Shown: positions 41,299 through 43,100 of the stretch, piece by piece
Numbering within the stretch: position 1 is the first letter of the stretch
Layout: each line of letters starts with the position of its first letter
Origin: Fidelibacterota bacterium
GTDB taxonomy: Bacteria > Fidelibacterota > JAANXI01
Assembly: GCA_018263365.1 (NCBI GenBank)
Contig: JAANXI010000062.1
Coordinates: 1 to 43,100 of the forward strand
Reading direction: 5' to 3'
Length of the DNA: 43,100 nt
Translations under genes and position numbers: made by a program
The notes under the pieces: model-generated
What the model was told of the DNA's origin: nothing
Databases searched by the model: none
Seen by the model: the letters and a program-made list of their open reading frames with translations, nothing else

Positions 41299-42405
41299 AT
41301 GAACCTTCGACGTTTGCCCCTGATATTTGCGTTGATCGCAGTGGTTGGGACTGTGTTTTATGCATGTCAAAGTCAGGAACTCACATCCGCAAAACTGTAC
41401 ATTCAGCAGCAGAATTGGGAGAAGGCAGAAGAATATCTGAAAAAAGCCGAAGAAGTTGAACCAAAGAATCCGGAAATACCTTTACTGCTTGGTACGGAAG
41501 TGTATGCCCGTCAGAAAAAATTTCAGAAGATGAATGAAGCGTTTGACCGTTCATTGGCTATCAGTGATCAGTTTAAGGAGGAGATTAAGACTGTCCGGAT
41601 TAAATACTGGACTGAGAATTTTAATTCCGGAGCAAAAACGTACAATTCCGCTATTCAGGAAGAAGGGGAAAAGCGGGATGAAATGCTTCAGAAAGCCATT
41701 AATAGTTTTGAAACAGCTGCGGTCATAATGCCAAGTAAACCGGAAACCTACGGCAGTTTGGCTACTGCGTATCTGTTAACGGAGAATATTGAACGCGCCA
41801 AGGAGACGTTTGACAAAGCACTTGAGACCAACCCTGAAAATTTTCAGGTAGCGTTCAATTACGGCCGGATGCTCGCGGAAGAAGGCAATACCGAACGGGC
41901 TGTTGATCTGCTGAAACGGGCGCATGAGTTAAAACCGGAAAATACCACCGTCGTTCAATTACTGGCGAATTTGTACATCAAGCTGGACAAGAAGAACGAA
42001 GCGTTATCGATGTATAACGCAGCGCTGGAGCAGGAAACTGGTAATCCGGATCTCTATTTTAACAAGTCGATCTTGCATATTCAGCTGGCCCAGAATTTGG
42101 AATCCGAAGGCGACACGACTGCGGCAGAAGACCAGTACCAAAAGGCAATCTCCACCATGGAGAAGTCGGTTGATCTGAATCCGGATGATATTGAAGCGAA
42201 AATCCGGTTGGGTGAGTTATACCAGGAAATGGAAATGTGGGAAAAAGCCTCGCAGACCTTTGAAGCCGTTCTGGAGGAACAGCCGGAAAATGCGCAGGTG
42301 ATGAAAAAACTGGCTATTACGGTGTATCGGATGGGAGAACCTCAGCGAGGCCAGGAATTGTTGGAAAAAGCGAAAAAATTGGAAGCAGGAGACGGCAGCG
42401 AGTAG
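41299..42405 (+). CDS. TPR-repeat lipoprotein
   Basis: 368 aa. Signal peptide with lipobox-like TVFYAC, then about 8 TPR-like helices (NWEKAEEYLKKAEEVEPKNPE, ERAKETFDKALETNPEN, ...). AGAGGAG lies upstream of the ATG. Confidence 0.8.
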   Translation: MNLRRLPLIFALIAVVGTVFYACQSQELTSAKLYIQQQNWEKAEEYLKKAEEVEPKNPEIPLLLGTEVYARQKKFQKMNEAFDRSLAISDQFKEEIKTVRIKYWTENFNSGAKTYNSAIQEEGEKRDEMLQKAINSFETAAVIMPSKPETYGSLATAYLLTENIERAKETFDKALETNPENFQVAFNYGRMLAEEGNTERAVDLLKRAHELKPENTTVVQLLANLYIKLDKKNEALSMYNAALEQETGNPDLYFNKSILHIQLAQNLESEGDTTAAEDQYQKAISTMEKSVDLNPDDIEAKIRLGELYQEMEMWEKASQTFEAVLEEQPENAQVMKKLAITVYRMGEPQRGQELLEKAKKLEAGDGSE

Positions 42406-42432
42406 GCCGATTCGGTTTTTTCGGTAATTGTT

Positions 42433-42475
42433 AGCCCGGATACACTTTTTGGTATCCGGGCTTTTTTATTTTTCG
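42433..42475 (+). terminator. Rho-independent terminator after the TPR gene
   Basis: agcccggatac (42433-42443) pairs with gtatccgggct (42452-42462): 11 perfect bp, followed by TTTTTTATTTTT. Confidence 0.85.
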
Positions 42476-42529
42476 TCAGTTTGCTATTATCTGCACAGCG
42501 AAGACAGATAAAACAGGGCTTTGGAAACT

Positions 42530-43100
42530 ATGAAACGGTTGATACCTACAGCGATTGTCGGATTCATTGTGTTGGTTTTTACTGTACTGGCGTTTTCCTA
42601 TGGACGAGGGCCGGTCAATAAAAAAACCGGCGCACCCGGCGAAGGCATTTGTGTACAAAGCGATTGCCATATCACCCATGAGGTTAACAGCGGTCCCGGC
42701 ACATTAATATTGCATGGAGTGCCGACCGTGTACCAACCGGGTAAATTATACCCCTTAACCGTTGAACTGGCTCAGGAAGGCCAATCCCGATGGGGATTTC
42801 AGGTCACAGTGATCAACGATAGTCTAGTCAGGAGCGGCGAAATCGTAAAATACGATGAGGACCTCACCCAGTTGGATGACGATAACGTGGAAGGCAAGGA
42901 GCGCTACTACCTGAACCATACCAGAGAAGGAACTTTTCGGGGAACCGATGATGGCCCGGTCAAGTGGAATTTCACCTGGCGCGCACCGGAAGAACCTGAA
43001 GGGAGTATCTCTTTCTACGTAGCCGGCAACGCGGCGAACGGTAACAAAAAACCGACGGGCGACTATATTTATAATATCGTTGAAAATAGCTATCCCGATT
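42530..43100 (+). CDS. Partial (3'-truncated by window end) membrane-anchored/exported protein with a C-x4-C-H motif; absent from the ORF track
   Basis: My own translation from the ATG at 42530: MKRLIPTAIVGFIVLVFTVLAFSYGRGPVNKKTGAPGEGICVQSDCHITHEVNSGPGTLILHGVPTVYQPGKLYPLTVELAQEGQSRWGFQVTVIND...VKWNFTWRAPEEPEGSISFYVAGNAANGNKKPTGDYIYNIVENSYPD. It stays open to nt 43100 and has an N-terminal TM/signal anchor. Confidence 0.6.
   Translation, partial: MKRLIPTAIVGFIVLVFTVLAFSYGRGPVNKKTGAPGEGICVQSDCHITHEVNSGPGTLILHGVPTVYQPGKLYPLTVELAQEGQSRWGFQVTVINDSLVRSGEIVKYDEDLTQLDDDNVEGKERYYLNHTREGTFRGTDDGPVKWNFTWRAPEEPEGSISFYVAGNAANGNKKPTGDYIYNIVENSYPD

Noticed and set aside
42620-42660. Annotating the terminal ORF as a c-type cytochrome
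   Set aside because: The motif is C-x4-C-H, not canonical C-x-x-C-H, and only one site is visible in a truncated ORF. This is insufficient.

Overview
43.1-kb window from a diderm (Gram-negative) bacterium. A fused lpxC-fabZ gene and patchy Shine-Dalgarno usage suggest an FCB-group lineage (Bacteroidota / Ignavibacteria / Calditrichia-like); that is inference only. The window has three parts. (i) 1-19 kb is an accessory cell-surface glycan decoration island. It holds a complete 2-aminoethylphosphonate (AEP) pathway: PEP mutase fused to a LicC/PntC-like nucleotidyltransferase, phosphonopyruvate decarboxylase and AEP transaminase. It also holds two more LicC-like nucleotidyltransferase paralogues (one frame-broken at an A5 run), two TagB/TagF-family phospho-alcohol transferases, three glycosyltransferases including a GT9 heptosyltransferase, a Kdo/WaaP-family LPS kinase and two SAM methyltransferases. 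Embedded in it is a sulfur module: SufE, a triple-rhodanese sulfurtransferase, a sulfatase-fold protein with Thr at the formylglycine position, and a sulfotransferase. The island's intergenic spacers are built from blocks of short-period (6-10 nt) degenerate tandem repeats. One family, (GTGTTANN)n, occurs at three sites, and two of its copies form a 28/29-nt inverted pair bracketing the 8-kb glycosyltransferase module. (ii) 19.3-33.8 kb is one long minus-strand array of conserved outer-membrane / lipid A biogenesis genes (uppS, bamA, skp, lpxD, lpxC-fabZ, lpxA, dxr, rseP), plus mrp/apbC, a membrane protein coupled to a YkoF-like protein, and a 3D-domain protein. (iii) 34-43 kb carries housekeeping plus-strand genes: rng, rplU, rpmA, mdh, a PfkB kinase-YjbQ-MtnA operon, a TPR lipoprotein, and a partial exported protein absent from the ORF track. 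No rRNA, tRNA, CRISPR array, transposase or integrase was recognised. All protein calls rest on motif recognition by eye in the supplied translations; no database search was possible.
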